A stretch of 64,000 nucleotides of DNA from Pyrinomonadaceae bacterium (GTDB lineage: Bacteria > Acidobacteriota > Blastocatellia > Pyrinomonadales > Pyrinomonadaceae), in assembly GCA_044230475.1 (NCBI GenBank), contig JBGARA010000002.1, positions 25,975 through 89,974 of the forward strand. The letters run 5' to 3'. The first letter of the stretch is position 1; each line of letters starts with the position of its first letter. Positions 55,742 through 64,000 of this stretch are shown in pieces. Below the pieces are notes generated by a model. It made no database searches and was not told where the DNA came from. It was given only the letters and a program-made list of their open reading frames with translations. A program made the translations under genes and the position numbers.

Positions 55742-56911
55742 ATGAATTTAACCGTAGTATCGCACAAAATTTGCTGGCGGAATGACAGTTCGCCGTCTGG
55801 GTTTTCGACGGACGGGGGGTTTCCACTTCACATGAAGGCGATATCAGAACTGTTCAGCAAAACCTCTCTGGTGATCCCAGCCGAAATCTCATCCTCGCTA
55901 AATGGTGCGTCACCATTGAAAGGCCACAATTTAGAAGTTGTCCCTCTAGCTGTTCCTGTTGGTTCGGGTTTTAGAAGAAAGCTGAACATTCCTTTCTGGT
56001 TAATAAAAAATGGAAAGATAATTTGGCGCGAGGTCAGAAGGGCCGACGCGGTTCATGCCCCGATACCAGGCGATATCGGAACGATCGGTATGGTCTTTGC
56101 TCTATTGATGCGCAAGCCGCTGGTTGTAAGACATTGCGGTAATTGGTTTGTGCAGCAAACTATTGCAGAGAGATTGTGGAAATGGTCAATGGAATTATTT
56201 GGGGGCGGCAAAAATGTCATGTTCGCAACAGGCGGTTCGTCCAATCCTCCGTCAAGCCGCAATCCAGACATAAAGTGGATATTTTCTTCATCACTTCGCC
56301 GTGACCAGATCCAGGGCAGAAGACCGCTTACACTGCCGACTGATGGGAGGATAAAACTTACGATCGCATGCCGTCAGGAACCGAGAAAAGGGACGGATGT
56401 AGTTATTGAAAGCATGTCCGACATTTTACGAGCCTTTCCCAATGCGTCACTTGATGTGATCGGTGACGGTTCTCTTCTGCCTAAACTAAAACGGCTGGCG
56501 CGAGACTGCGGCGTTGATGACAAGGTACACTTTCATGGAAAACTTGAGCATGCAAAAGTCGTTTCGTTGATGCAGCAGAATCATGTTTTTTGTTATCCGA
56601 CCTCAGCATCAGAGGGCTTTCCGAAGGTTGTCCTCGAGGCTCTTGCGAGCGGTATGCCGGTAATTACAACAAAGGTTTCGGTGTTGCCCGATCTCATCGC
56701 GAATGGCTGTGGAATCCTGCTCGATTCTCCTTCGCCTACAGAATTATCAAATGCCGTCATAAATATCTGTTCTGATAATAGAAGGTACGAACAAATGTCT
56801 GCAAAAGCTATAGAAACTGCTCAGAGATACAGTCTCGAAGATTGGCGCGATCTAATAGGAGAGACGCTGCGAAAGGCGTGGAATGTAACCTCGCTCAGTG
56901 ATCACTCCTAG
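55742..56911 (+). CDS. family 4 (GT-B) glycosyltransferase
   Basis: 389 aa. C-terminal EX7E region YPTSASEGFPKVVLEALASGMPVITT. Confidence 0.85.
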   Translation: MNLTVVSHKICWRNDSSPSGFSTDGGFPLHMKAISELFSKTSLVIPAEISSSLNGASPLKGHNLEVVPLAVPVGSGFRRKLNIPFWLIKNGKIIWREVRRADAVHAPIPGDIGTIGMVFALLMRKPLVVRHCGNWFVQQTIAERLWKWSMELFGGGKNVMFATGGSSNPPSSRNPDIKWIFSSSLRRDQIQGRRPLTLPTDGRIKLTIACRQEPRKGTDVVIESMSDILRAFPNASLDVIGDGSLLPKLKRLARDCGVDDKVHFHGKLEHAKVVSLMQQNHVFCYPTSASEGFPKVVLEALASGMPVITTKVSVLPDLIANGCGILLDSPSPTELSNAVINICSDNRRYEQMSAKAIETAQRYSLEDWRDLIGETLRKAWNVTSLSDHS

Positions 56912-56930
56912 ACGCTGAAGGCATCGTAAT

Positions 56931-58004
56931 ATGAAGGTTTGTTTTGTTGCCGGAACTCTTGGACGCGGCGGGGCAGAGAGACAGCTTGTCTATATGCTTC
57001 AGGCCTTGCGGGCCGTGCAGATACAAACCCGAGTGTTATGCCTGACGAAAGGAGAGGCGTTTGAAGACGAAATCCGTGATCTTGGCGTGGAGATCGAATG
57101 GGTTGGCGATTCCAAAAATCAGTTTGTTAGACTCGGCAAGATCATTCGAAATTTACGCAGACGGCCGGCAGATATTTTGCAGAGCGCGCATTTTTATACA
57201 AATATTTACACCGCTCTTGCGGGTCGGATTCTGGGCACACCGTCTATCGGTGCGATCCGCAGTGATATGCTGGTTGAAACTGTTTCAAACGGTTTTGTTA
57301 GCAGATGGCATCTCGGTTTTCCCAAAGAGATCATTGCCAATTCGCAGATCGCGGTTGATAGAGCAATCGCCAAGGGCATTGATCCAGACCGCATCCACCT
57401 TGTTCGAAATGTCGTTGGTAAACAAGGTGATAATTCCGATTCAAAGAATGGCAAAGTTGTGAGAATTCTTTTTGCCGGACGCCTCGTTAAGGCAAAACGC
57501 TGCGATCTATTCATCGAAATGGCAAGAAAATTACTAAACAAATTGCCCGACACAGAGTTAGAATTTATTGTAGCGGGTGATGGACCGCTCCGCCCGGATC
57601 TTGAAGCGGCTGCTTTCGAAAACGATCTCGACGGCAAGAAGTTGAAATTCCTTGGTGAACAGAACAATATGTCCACGGTTTATCGGGAATGTGACATACT
57701 CGTTCTAACCTCTGACCACGAAGGGACACCAAATGTTGTTTTGGAAGCAATGGCTCACGGTATGCCCGTCGTTGCAACCAAAGTCGGTGGCGTACCCGAC
57801 GTTATTAATGATCATTGCGGCATTTTGGTTGAGCCAGCCAATCTTGAAGAATTGGTAAATGCTGCAACAAAACTGATTCGAAACAGCGATCTCCGAAGGA
57901 AGCTTGGAGAACATGGCGTGGAACATGTCGGGAAACATCACTCGATCGGTTATTTACAAGATAGGTTGACGCATATTTATTCCAATCTAATGGAAACCAG
58001 ATAA
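56931..58004 (+). CDS. family 4 (GT-B) glycosyltransferase
   Basis: 357 aa. GTLGRGGAERQ N-terminus and LTSDHEGTPNVVLEAMAHGMPVVATKVGG. Confidence 0.9.
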   Translation: MKVCFVAGTLGRGGAERQLVYMLQALRAVQIQTRVLCLTKGEAFEDEIRDLGVEIEWVGDSKNQFVRLGKIIRNLRRRPADILQSAHFYTNIYTALAGRILGTPSIGAIRSDMLVETVSNGFVSRWHLGFPKEIIANSQIAVDRAIAKGIDPDRIHLVRNVVGKQGDNSDSKNGKVVRILFAGRLVKAKRCDLFIEMARKLLNKLPDTELEFIVAGDGPLRPDLEAAAFENDLDGKKLKFLGEQNNMSTVYRECDILVLTSDHEGTPNVVLEAMAHGMPVVATKVGGVPDVINDHCGILVEPANLEELVNAATKLIRNSDLRRKLGEHGVEHVGKHHSIGYLQDRLTHIYSNLMETR

Positions 58005-59458
58005 TGAGAGCAGCAGCATTGATTAATCGCCCCGTTGCCTTGAACGGACAACAGCGGCGGACAAAGAGCAAAACGTCAAGAGATTTTATGATCTTGATGC
58101 TGCTGACGCTCGTGCATCTGCCGTTGGGCGTAGCTCTGTATAGTACCGGTTCAGCCGGAATATTACATCCTCTATTGGCGTTTGGACTAGGGATGTATGC
58201 GGCACTTCGGAAGAAAGTGAATCTCGGCCATGTTACCTTTATCGTTGCCTACATTATCGGAGCGGAAGTTTTATGGAGAATGGCTGGCGTGCCCGCTCCA
58301 TGGGAATTCGGCAAGTATGCGGCGGCGGCAATAATGCTTACCGCGATATTTCGGTGCCGTAGGTTTGATGTGCCGAAACTTCCTTTCTTGTATTTTGCAC
58401 TTCTTATTCCGGGCTGCATCATGGTGATCGTGCAGATGGACATGAGCCGGGCTTTCAACGAACTAAGCTTCAATATTTCGGGACCTTTCGTGCTGCTCGT
58501 TAGCTGCTGGTTTTTCTACAAATGCAGGCTTAGCCCATCGCGTTTCCGACGGCTCTTGTTTGCGTTTATTCTACCTTTGCTGAGCGTGGCTCTGTCGGCA
58601 CTTTTTTATACAGTAACTGCCGAAAATCTTACGTTTGACGGCGAATCGAACTTTACGACAAGCGGCGGTTTTGGGCCTAATCAGGTGTCAGCCATGCTTG
58701 GCCTTGGTGTTTTCGTGTCCGTGGCAGGCTTGCTTTTGTTTAAGAAATGGTCTGCCTACAGTCTCTATTTTGGGGTCGCTGCATTAGTATTTTCCGGATT
58801 GTGCGTGATGACATTTTCTCGAGGAGGTATGTATAACGCGATTGGCGGAATTATCATAATGCTCCTTTTTGGCTTGCGTGACTTTTCGGCTGGATTGCGC
58901 AGAATAGCTCCTGCGTTAGTTCTGGGCGTTATGTTCATGCTATTCATCTATCCAATGCTGGACGATTTTACGGGTGGGGCTTTGCAGGAGCGTTTTGAAG
59001 ATACAGGAACCACGCAACGGGCGGAGATAGCTACAGCGGATTTTGACATTTTCATGGAGAATCCCGTTTTTGGAATCGGAGTTGGAGCCTCATATCTCGA
59101 GAGGCAGCGGTTTTTGCATAAAGCAATGAGCCATACTGAGTTCTCTCGCTTAGTCTCTGAACACGGTTCTTTTGGACTTGCGGCGATACTTGCCATGATC
59201 GCAATGCTTTTGGGAAATCTGACGCGGCCAAATTCCACACCGGGACGATCCTTCATAGCCGGGATGATGGCTTGGTCTTGCTTTTTTATGATGAACAGCG
59301 GCATGCGCTTGGCAGCGCCTTCATTTATTTGGGGCCTAGGGTTTGTAACGATTGTCAGTTTGCGCCCCAACGCGGCAGCTGCGCGACGCAAGCTGACAGG
59401 TTTAATTAAAAAACGATCAGAGCTTAACAAAAATCTCAAACCCGCAAAATCATTTTGA
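58004..59458 (+). CDS. O-antigen ligase/polymerase (Wzy-like) family membrane protein
   Basis: 484 aa with at least 10 hydrophobic helices and one larger loop (DDFTGGALQERFEDTGTTQRAEIATADFDIFMENPVFGIGVGA), as in O-antigen ligase-family proteins. TAATG overlap with the upstream gene. Confidence 0.7.
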   Translation: MRAAALINRPVALNGQQRRTKSKTSRDFMILMLLTLVHLPLGVALYSTGSAGILHPLLAFGLGMYAALRKKVNLGHVTFIVAYIIGAEVLWRMAGVPAPWEFGKYAAAAIMLTAIFRCRRFDVPKLPFLYFALLIPGCIMVIVQMDMSRAFNELSFNISGPFVLLVSCWFFYKCRLSPSRFRRLLFAFILPLLSVALSALFYTVTAENLTFDGESNFTTSGGFGPNQVSAMLGLGVFVSVAGLLLFKKWSAYSLYFGVAALVFSGLCVMTFSRGGMYNAIGGIIIMLLFGLRDFSAGLRRIAPALVLGVMFMLFIYPMLDDFTGGALQERFEDTGTTQRAEIATADFDIFMENPVFGIGVGASYLERQRFLHKAMSHTEFSRLVSEHGSFGLAAILAMIAMLLGNLTRPNSTPGRSFIAGMMAWSCFFMMNSGMRLAAPSFIWGLGFVTIVSLRPNAAAARRKLTGLIKKRSELNKNLKPAKSF

Positions 59459-60567
59459 CCTCATCTTCAAATACACAAGCTTTGAAAACACTGCGGATAT
59501 GTGTTGTCGGCAACCTGCTGGGGCGAAATCCAGGTTACATCACATCACAAGGACAAATTCTGGCTGATCTATTATTGAAGGAAAACTATGCCGTCATTAG
59601 TTGTTCGTCGAAGATAAATCGTTTGCTCAGATGGTTCGATATTGTCTCGACCGTAATTTGGAATCGTAAAAATTTTGACGTCCTCATTCTGGAAGTTTAC
59701 AGCGGACTGAACATTTTGATGTCCGAAACGGTCAGCTTTTTGGGACGAATTTTGGGCGTTCCGATGATCTTTGTTCTTCATGGCGGTAATCTGCCTTTGT
59801 TCTCGAAAAAGTATCCGCGGTGGGTAAAACGAGTGCTGTCCAGAGGTGACATCCTTGCTGCACCGTCGACATTTTTAGTAAACGGCTTGAAACATCTTGA
59901 ATTTCCCATCAGGGTAGTTCGCAATATCATCGAGATCGATCAATATCCTTGCAGAGTCCGACGAAAGATCGAGCCGAAAATGATCTGGATGAGGTCGTTT
60001 CACCCAACCTACAATCCTCAAATGGCTCTGAAGGTTTTGAGGTTAGTAAAAAACACCTGTCCTGATGCAAGCTTGGTTATGGCTGGACTTGATAAAGGTC
60101 TCGAGCCTGAGATCAAGACTATGGCCGTGGAGTTGGGTTTGCAGGACGCAGTCAGATTTCCTGGATTTCTAGATCAGGAAACGAAGATAAAGGAATTTTC
60201 GGAGGCCGACATCTACCTAAATACAAACCGAATAGACAATATGCCGGTTGCTGTTGTCGAAGCGTGCGCAATGGGATTACCAGTGATCGCGACCAATGTC
60301 GGAGGCCTGTCAGACCTCTTGGAAAATGGCAAAAACGGAATATTGGTACCAGACGAAGATGTTAAAGGTATGGCCGATGCTGTCAATGAACTGTTGCATG
60401 ATCACGATCGAACGGAAAAGCTTTCAAAAAACGGGCGAGAGTTGGCGGAACTGTCTTCATGGAATGCGGTTAAGATCTGTTGGGAAGAAATTTTTGCCGA
60501 GATGATGAATTCTCAAAAAGAAGCTGTATCTCACTCGATACCTCAAACAAATGAGCCTCGCGCTTGA
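59455..60567 (+). CDS. family 4 (GT-B) glycosyltransferase
   Basis: 370 aa. NTNRIDNMPVAVVEACAMGLPVIATNVGG. Confidence 0.85.
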   Translation: MTSSSNTQALKTLRICVVGNLLGRNPGYITSQGQILADLLLKENYAVISCSSKINRLLRWFDIVSTVIWNRKNFDVLILEVYSGLNILMSETVSFLGRILGVPMIFVLHGGNLPLFSKKYPRWVKRVLSRGDILAAPSTFLVNGLKHLEFPIRVVRNIIEIDQYPCRVRRKIEPKMIWMRSFHPTYNPQMALKVLRLVKNTCPDASLVMAGLDKGLEPEIKTMAVELGLQDAVRFPGFLDQETKIKEFSEADIYLNTNRIDNMPVAVVEACAMGLPVIATNVGGLSDLLENGKNGILVPDEDVKGMADAVNELLHDHDRTEKLSKNGRELAELSSWNAVKICWEEIFAEMMNSQKEAVSHSIPQTNEPRA

Positions 60568-61936
60568 TATCTATCATAAACTGCCTGTTTCTTCCCGCTC
60601 GCTGATCGCCAGCGCTCGCGGCTACTATCTGCGCTGGTGGCGGTATGACCATGAAACAGACGAACTTGTTGAGGAAGCTCTGGAACGTGATACATGGGAT
60701 GAGAAACAGTGGGCCGCATGGCGGGCGGAACGGCTTTCTTATGTTTTGTACCGTGCGGCAACGCAGGTTCCGTACTATCGCAACTTGTGGGAAGAAAGGC
60801 GGCGACATGGCGATACCGCTTCATGGGAATACCTGGAAAATTGGCCGATACTGGAAAAGCAAACCTTGCGGGAACGCAGCAAGGAGTTTGTTGCCGATGA
60901 CTGTACGATCTCGAAAATGTTCCACGATCATACGAGCGGTACGACCGGCACATCACTAGATCTTTGGTTTTCGTTCCAGTCTGTAAAGCAGTGGTATGCG
61001 CTATTGGAAGCACGCGCCAAAAGATGGTATGGCGTGTCGCGAAAAGATCGGTGGGCAATACTAGGTGGTCAGCTTGTTACTCCAGTTGCTCAGCAGAAGC
61101 CGCCCTTTTGGGTATGGAACGCTGGTTTGAATCAACTTTATCTTTCCTCTTATCACCTTGCACCCCAATTTGCTCCGGCTTATTTGCAAGCGATCGTTGA
61201 TCACCGGATAAAGTATGTTCTCGGTTACTCTTCCGCGATCTATACGCTAGCTCAGGAAACTCTAAAGCTGAAGCGAAAGGATGTTAAATTTGACGTTGCA
61301 ATAACTAATGCCGAGCCACTATACGAATACCAGAGACAGGTAATAAGCGAAGCATTCGGGTGCCCGGTACGTGAAACCTACGGAATGTCAGAGACCGCCG
61401 CAGCCGCAAGCGAATGCGAACAGGGATCGATGCACATATGGCCTGATTGCGGAATGATTGAGGTCGCTGACGATAGTGATTCTTCAGATTTTCTCTGCAC
61501 AGGTTTGATCAATGCCGATATGCCTCTTATCAGATACAGGGTCGGTGACGCCGGCAAGCTGTCGAATGATAATTGTGAATGCGGTAGAAAGCTACCGCTC
61601 ATTGAAAAGATCGAAGGTCGTAGCGACGACCTTTTATATACTTTGGACGGAAGACGCGTCGGACGATTGGATCCGATCTTTAAAAGTAATCTGCCGATCA
61701 TCGAGGCACAGATAATTCAAAGATCATTGAACACGGTTAACGTGAAATACGTGCCCGCTCCAGATTTTACCAAGGATGCTTTGCACTCACTAGCGACCCG
61801 CATCCGTGAACGAATGGGTAATATTGAGGTGAAGTTTGAGGAGGTTGATGCGGTACCGCGAACCGCTCGTGGAAAATTTCGGGCGGTGATATGTGAACTG
61901 TCCGCCGAAGAAAGAGCAGCTTTTGAGGCTTTCTAA
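60551..61936 (+). CDS. phenylacetate-CoA ligase-like adenylate-forming enzyme (CapK/F390 synthetase family)
   Basis: 461 aa. AMP-binding motif HTSGTTGTSL, YGMSET, and the C-terminal RTARGKF lysine motif. Size and order match PaaK/CapK-like enzymes. Confidence 0.8.
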   Translation: MSLALDIYHKLPVSSRSLIASARGYYLRWWRYDHETDELVEEALERDTWDEKQWAAWRAERLSYVLYRAATQVPYYRNLWEERRRHGDTASWEYLENWPILEKQTLRERSKEFVADDCTISKMFHDHTSGTTGTSLDLWFSFQSVKQWYALLEARAKRWYGVSRKDRWAILGGQLVTPVAQQKPPFWVWNAGLNQLYLSSYHLAPQFAPAYLQAIVDHRIKYVLGYSSAIYTLAQETLKLKRKDVKFDVAITNAEPLYEYQRQVISEAFGCPVRETYGMSETAAAASECEQGSMHIWPDCGMIEVADDSDSSDFLCTGLINADMPLIRYRVGDAGKLSNDNCECGRKLPLIEKIEGRSDDLLYTLDGRRVGRLDPIFKSNLPIIEAQIIQRSLNTVNVKYVPAPDFTKDALHSLATRIRERMGNIEVKFEEVDAVPRTARGKFRAVICELSAEERAAFEAF

Positions 61937-61947
61937 TTTACCGAAAA

Positions 61948-62991
61948 ATGAATAAGGCGGACTATCAAACCTATCCATTCGTTTCAGTGATAATGCCCGT
62001 TTACAACGAAGGCAGCTTCATTTTGCGAAGCCTCGGCGCGTTGCTTGACCAAACTTATCCCAAAGATCGTATCGAGGTCATTCTTGCCGACGGCATGTCT
62101 ACGGACAATACCCGCGATCTTATTCAACAGCTTGCGGACAAAACTTCGGTTGGGATTAGAGTCATTGACAATCAGAAAAAGATCGCCCCTTCCGGTTTGA
62201 ATCGAGCCATAGAAATAGCCAAAGGTGAGATCATTGTTCGCGTAGATGGTCACACCATTATCGAGCCAAATTATGTTAGTGAATGCGTCGATGCTTTGCT
62301 GCGGAGCGGAGCAGCCAACGCTGGTGGAAAAATGAATGCGGCTTCCGAGGGCTCAGTAGGGCAAGCTATAGCGATTGCGACCAGCTCACGATTCGGCATC
62401 GGCAATGCACGATTTCATTACTCCGATGAGGAAGAGTATGTAGATACAGTTTACCTGGGCGCCTGGCCAAAAAAGATCTTTGAGCGATACGGTTTGTTTA
62501 ACGAAGAGCTTGTCAGAAATCAGGACGACGAGTTTAACTACAGGCTGCGAGCTGGTGGTGAGAAGATCCTGCTTTCGCCTGGTATCAAATCGATATATTA
62601 CAATCGCAGCTCTTTCAGGAAACTGTGGCGACAGTACTTTCAATACGGATATTGGAAAGTACGTGTCTTGCAAATGCATCCTCGGCAGATGAGTTTGCGT
62701 CAGTTTGTTCCGCTTGTTTTTGTTGCATCTTTGACGGTGACGGCAATCACGGCACTTTTTACACCTTTGGGGCGATGGGCTTTTGCCGGATTGGTGTTGA
62801 GTTATTTGCTGGCGAATTTTGCGGCAACCGCTATCGCTGCGAAGACAAAAACAGCTTTATTACCGCTGGTTTCCCTAAGTTTTGCAATTTTGCATCTCTC
62901 CTATGGATATGGGTTTCTATTAGGTGTCTTTTCCTTTTTAGGACATTGGTTTAAACCAAAGACGGGCGACATCTTGCCCGTCGATAAATAG
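61948..62991 (+). CDS. family 2 glycosyltransferase with C-terminal TM helices
   Basis: 347 aa. VSVIMPVYNEGSFI, ILADGMSTD, VRVDGH, QDDEFNYRL, then 3-4 hydrophobic helices. Confidence 0.85.
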   Translation: MNKADYQTYPFVSVIMPVYNEGSFILRSLGALLDQTYPKDRIEVILADGMSTDNTRDLIQQLADKTSVGIRVIDNQKKIAPSGLNRAIEIAKGEIIVRVDGHTIIEPNYVSECVDALLRSGAANAGGKMNAASEGSVGQAIAIATSSRFGIGNARFHYSDEEEYVDTVYLGAWPKKIFERYGLFNEELVRNQDDEFNYRLRAGGEKILLSPGIKSIYYNRSSFRKLWRQYFQYGYWKVRVLQMHPRQMSLRQFVPLVFVASLTVTAITALFTPLGRWAFAGLVLSYLLANFAATAIAAKTKTALLPLVSLSFAILHLSYGYGFLLGVFSFLGHWFKPKTGDILPVDK

Positions 62992-63015
62992 ATATTAAGT
63001 TAGAAGGCAACCATC

Positions 63016-64000
63016 TTGTCTGAAGAAATTTCCATACATCAACTAATCGCAGAGGTTGCTCGCCAGACGCCTGATGCAGTCGCTGTTATCGATGATAGCG
63101 GCAACCGGTTGACCTATGCCGAGCTTAATGATCAGGCTAATCGGGTCTCGCACAGCTTGATTGCTTTGGACGTGAAGAATGCGGATCTGGTCGCGATCTC
63201 TGTCGATCGGGCAGTTAGAATGGCGGTTGGTATTTTGGGTATTCTCAAAGCAGGTGCAGCCTATGTTCCGCTCGACCCAAACTATCCGCAAGACCGCCTC
63301 GATTACGTGGTGGACGACGCCGGAGCAACGATTCTGGTAACTCAAAAGGATCACGAGAAACGTTTCGAAACTAAGATCAAAAATGTGCTGCTCTTGGACG
63401 ACGAAAATGTCGTTGATATTGATCAGCCAACTAATGTCACCGGTAATTCTACCGATCCAGCCTACGTCATTTACACTTCCGGAACGACTGGTAAGCCAAA
63501 AGGAGTTGTCGTTACTCATAGTAATTTGTGCAGCTATGTACGATCACTACCAACGGCCCTCGGATTGAGTCAAAGTGACAGATACCTACATTCTGCATCT
63601 ATCTCTTTTTCCTCGTCGGTCAGACAACTTATGGTGCCACTTTCGCTCGGCGCGACGGTTGTTATTGCTTCAGCCGAGCGACTTAGAGACCCCCATGAGC
63701 TCTTTGAATTTATTTCAAAAGAAGGCGTCACTGTGTTGGATTTTGTCCCTACATTCTGGAGAAACTGCCTTCACGTTCTTGGCGACAAAATATCCGCAAA
63801 CAATGTTCGCCTACTCCTATCGGCCAGTGAGCCATTTCCTGCAGCCGTAGCACGCGAGCTAACCGCTCGTTTCAAACCCGATGTTCGTTTGGTGAATATG
63901 TATGGGCAGACGGAAACGACCGGCATCATATCGTGTTTCCCAGTCGATACAGCCAATACATACGGCTCGGGAATTGTGCCGATCGGTTCACCTATTTCTC
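63016..64000 (+). CDS. NRPS-type amino-acid adenylation domain protein, N-terminal 328 codons (continues past the window end)
   Basis: Not in the ORF track (open at the edge). My translation from TTG 63016, the first start after in-frame TAG 63001, reads LSEEISIHQLIAEVARQTPDAVAVID..LTYAELN..LKAGAAYVPLDPNYPQDRL..AYVIYTSGTTGKPKGV..NMYGQTETT, i.e. A-domain core motifs A1-A5. Track ORF 63043..63519(-) is its antisense shadow. Confidence 0.85.
   Translation, partial: MSEEISIHQLIAEVARQTPDAVAVIDDSGNRLTYAELNDQANRVSHSLIALDVKNADLVAISVDRAVRMAVGILGILKAGAAYVPLDPNYPQDRLDYVVDDAGATILVTQKDHEKRFETKIKNVLLLDDENVVDIDQPTNVTGNSTDPAYVIYTSGTTGKPKGVVVTHSNLCSYVRSLPTALGLSQSDRYLHSASISFSSSVRQLMVPLSLGATVVIASAERLRDPHELFEFISKEGVTVLDFVPTFWRNCLHVLGDKISANNVRLLLSASEPFPAAVARELTARFKPDVRLVNMYGQTETTGIISCFPVDTANTYGSGIVPIGSPIS

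Noticed and set aside
39441-63519. Many antisense ORFs within the polysaccharide locus (e.g. 41063..41548, 43564..44052, 57206..57676, 58948..59439, 60543..61058, 63043..63519)
   Set aside because: Each lies opposite a plus-strand gene with strong family motifs (Wzc kinase, NeuC, GT4, Wzy-like, CapK-like, NRPS A domain), and none shows a motif of its own.

Overview
This is a 64-kb gene-dense bacterial chromosomal segment with about 55 protein genes and one tRNA-Ala. I recognised no rRNA, CRISPR array, transposase, integrase or phage gene. An Acidobacteriota-like origin is plausible from protein signatures: a secreted VWA protein of the kind common in Acidobacteria, an outer-membrane barrel fused to a CarboxypepD_reg-like domain, an FmdB zinc ribbon and many Thr/Pro linkers. 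That origin is inference only. The window falls into four blocks. (i) 1-5569 is a minus-strand operon with AsnB, a VOC protein, a polyprenyl-phosphate-type GT2, two SAM methyltransferases and hypotheticals. (ii) 5616-11102 holds housekeeping genes: thyA, a trxB broken by an internal deletion plus frameshift, FmdB, VWA, PilZ, enoyl-CoA hydratase and tRNA-Ala. (iii) 11151-33387 is an accessory redox island. It starts with a beta-helix/dockerin/cohesin protein. On the minus strand it has an OM beta-barrel next to a decahaem cytochrome fused to an LVIVD propeller. On the plus strand it has a 12-gene translationally coupled operon: a tandem GlcG/HbpS-like protein, four more multihaem cytochromes, a cNMP-binding/4x[4Fe-4S]/membrane protein, an FHA-TM-heptahaem fusion, a membrane-anchored ferredoxin-flavoprotein and a TPR protein. 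Six proteins carry 42 CxxCH motifs in total. This island is my best candidate for an undescribed, signal-gated, envelope-spanning electron-transfer system. (iv) 33404-64000 has a Cys-less AsnB homologue and two divergent LuxR-type regulators separated by an unusual repeat-rich 1.3-kb non-coding region. It then has a co-directional polysaccharide locus of at least 26 kb mixing Wza/Wzc/Wzy-like, Wzm/Wzt, NeuBCA, AsnB amidotransferases, a duplicated unknown GT-B-like gene, five glycosyltransferases, a CapK-like ligase and an NRPS-type adenylation enzyme cut by the window end. All functional calls rest on motifs read from the supplied translations or my own translation of the sequence. No database search was possible.
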